DNA of 64,000 nt, taken from assembly GCA_051362555.1 (NCBI GenBank), contig CM120641.1:11656001-11720000 (forward strand), read 5' to 3'. Source of the stretch: Lingula anatina. Taxonomy: Eukaryota; Animalia; Brachiopoda. A program made the translations under genes and the position numbers. This document shows positions 51,415 to 64,000 of this stretch, in pieces; the stretch's first letter is position 1, and the number at the start of each line of letters is the position of its first letter. The notes under the pieces are model-generated. The model was not told the origin of the DNA. It did not search any database and worked only from the letters and a program-made list of their open reading frames with translations.

Positions 51415-51674
51415 AGAAGCATGTATCAATTAGTGATTAACTAAATAAATGAATTCAGCCAAATCATCATTTGCAAGAGTTCTGCTATGATTTCATTTAA
51501 TTATTATCAGTACTTTATTTCGATATAATCCATTATATATTAATGGGAATCCACAAATGAAAAAAGAGTAGAAAATACTATAATGAGTAGAGATGACAAC
51601 AGCAAGCCTTTTTGGAAGCTTTATGAATTTTTAATTCTTTTTCAAATAGGTGGTGCTTATACTAGATCCTCGTG

Positions 51675-63839
<12,165 letters not shown>

Positions 63840-64000
63840 GTAAAGACAATGTAGGCAATTTGTTTGTGTGTATGTGTGTCATGCTAATTTTGAAAAAATT
63901 TAGGTGAAAATCATTTTTGTGGCAATAAGATGCACTGTGGAATTTAAACATTTAAAGAAAGAAAGTGCTTTTCTTCTAGTGTCTGTGGATAAGGTATATT

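Overview
AT-rich, intron-containing animal genomic DNA, probably a lophotrochozoan or mollusc (inferred from Helentron-type repeats and gene content, not proven). Genes reconstructed by hand from splice signals: exon 1 of a Slo1/BK potassium channel (-), a TEFM-like gene (+), GPR137 (-), a divergent CDIPT/PI-synthase (+), two tandem secreted stand-alone AbfB/CBM42-domain genes ending in IVGK (-), an SLC46-family transporter (+), PPP5C (+, with a U12-type intron), NTPCR (-) and the 5' part of SEL1L (+) with a very long N-terminal extension. The highlight is a tandem duplication at about 39.5-48.0 kb. In each unit two apparently separate ORFs splice in frame into one gene of about 500 aa: an N-myristoylation motif, then an actinoporin-like beta-sandwich, then an apolipoprotein-L domain. 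It sits behind a TATA, IRF-like and NF-kB-site promoter module and is a candidate undescribed innate-immune membrane-attack effector. Many MITEs, nested Helentron-type elements and a Tc1 remnant fill the rest. All family assignments are from recalled motifs; no database searches were run.
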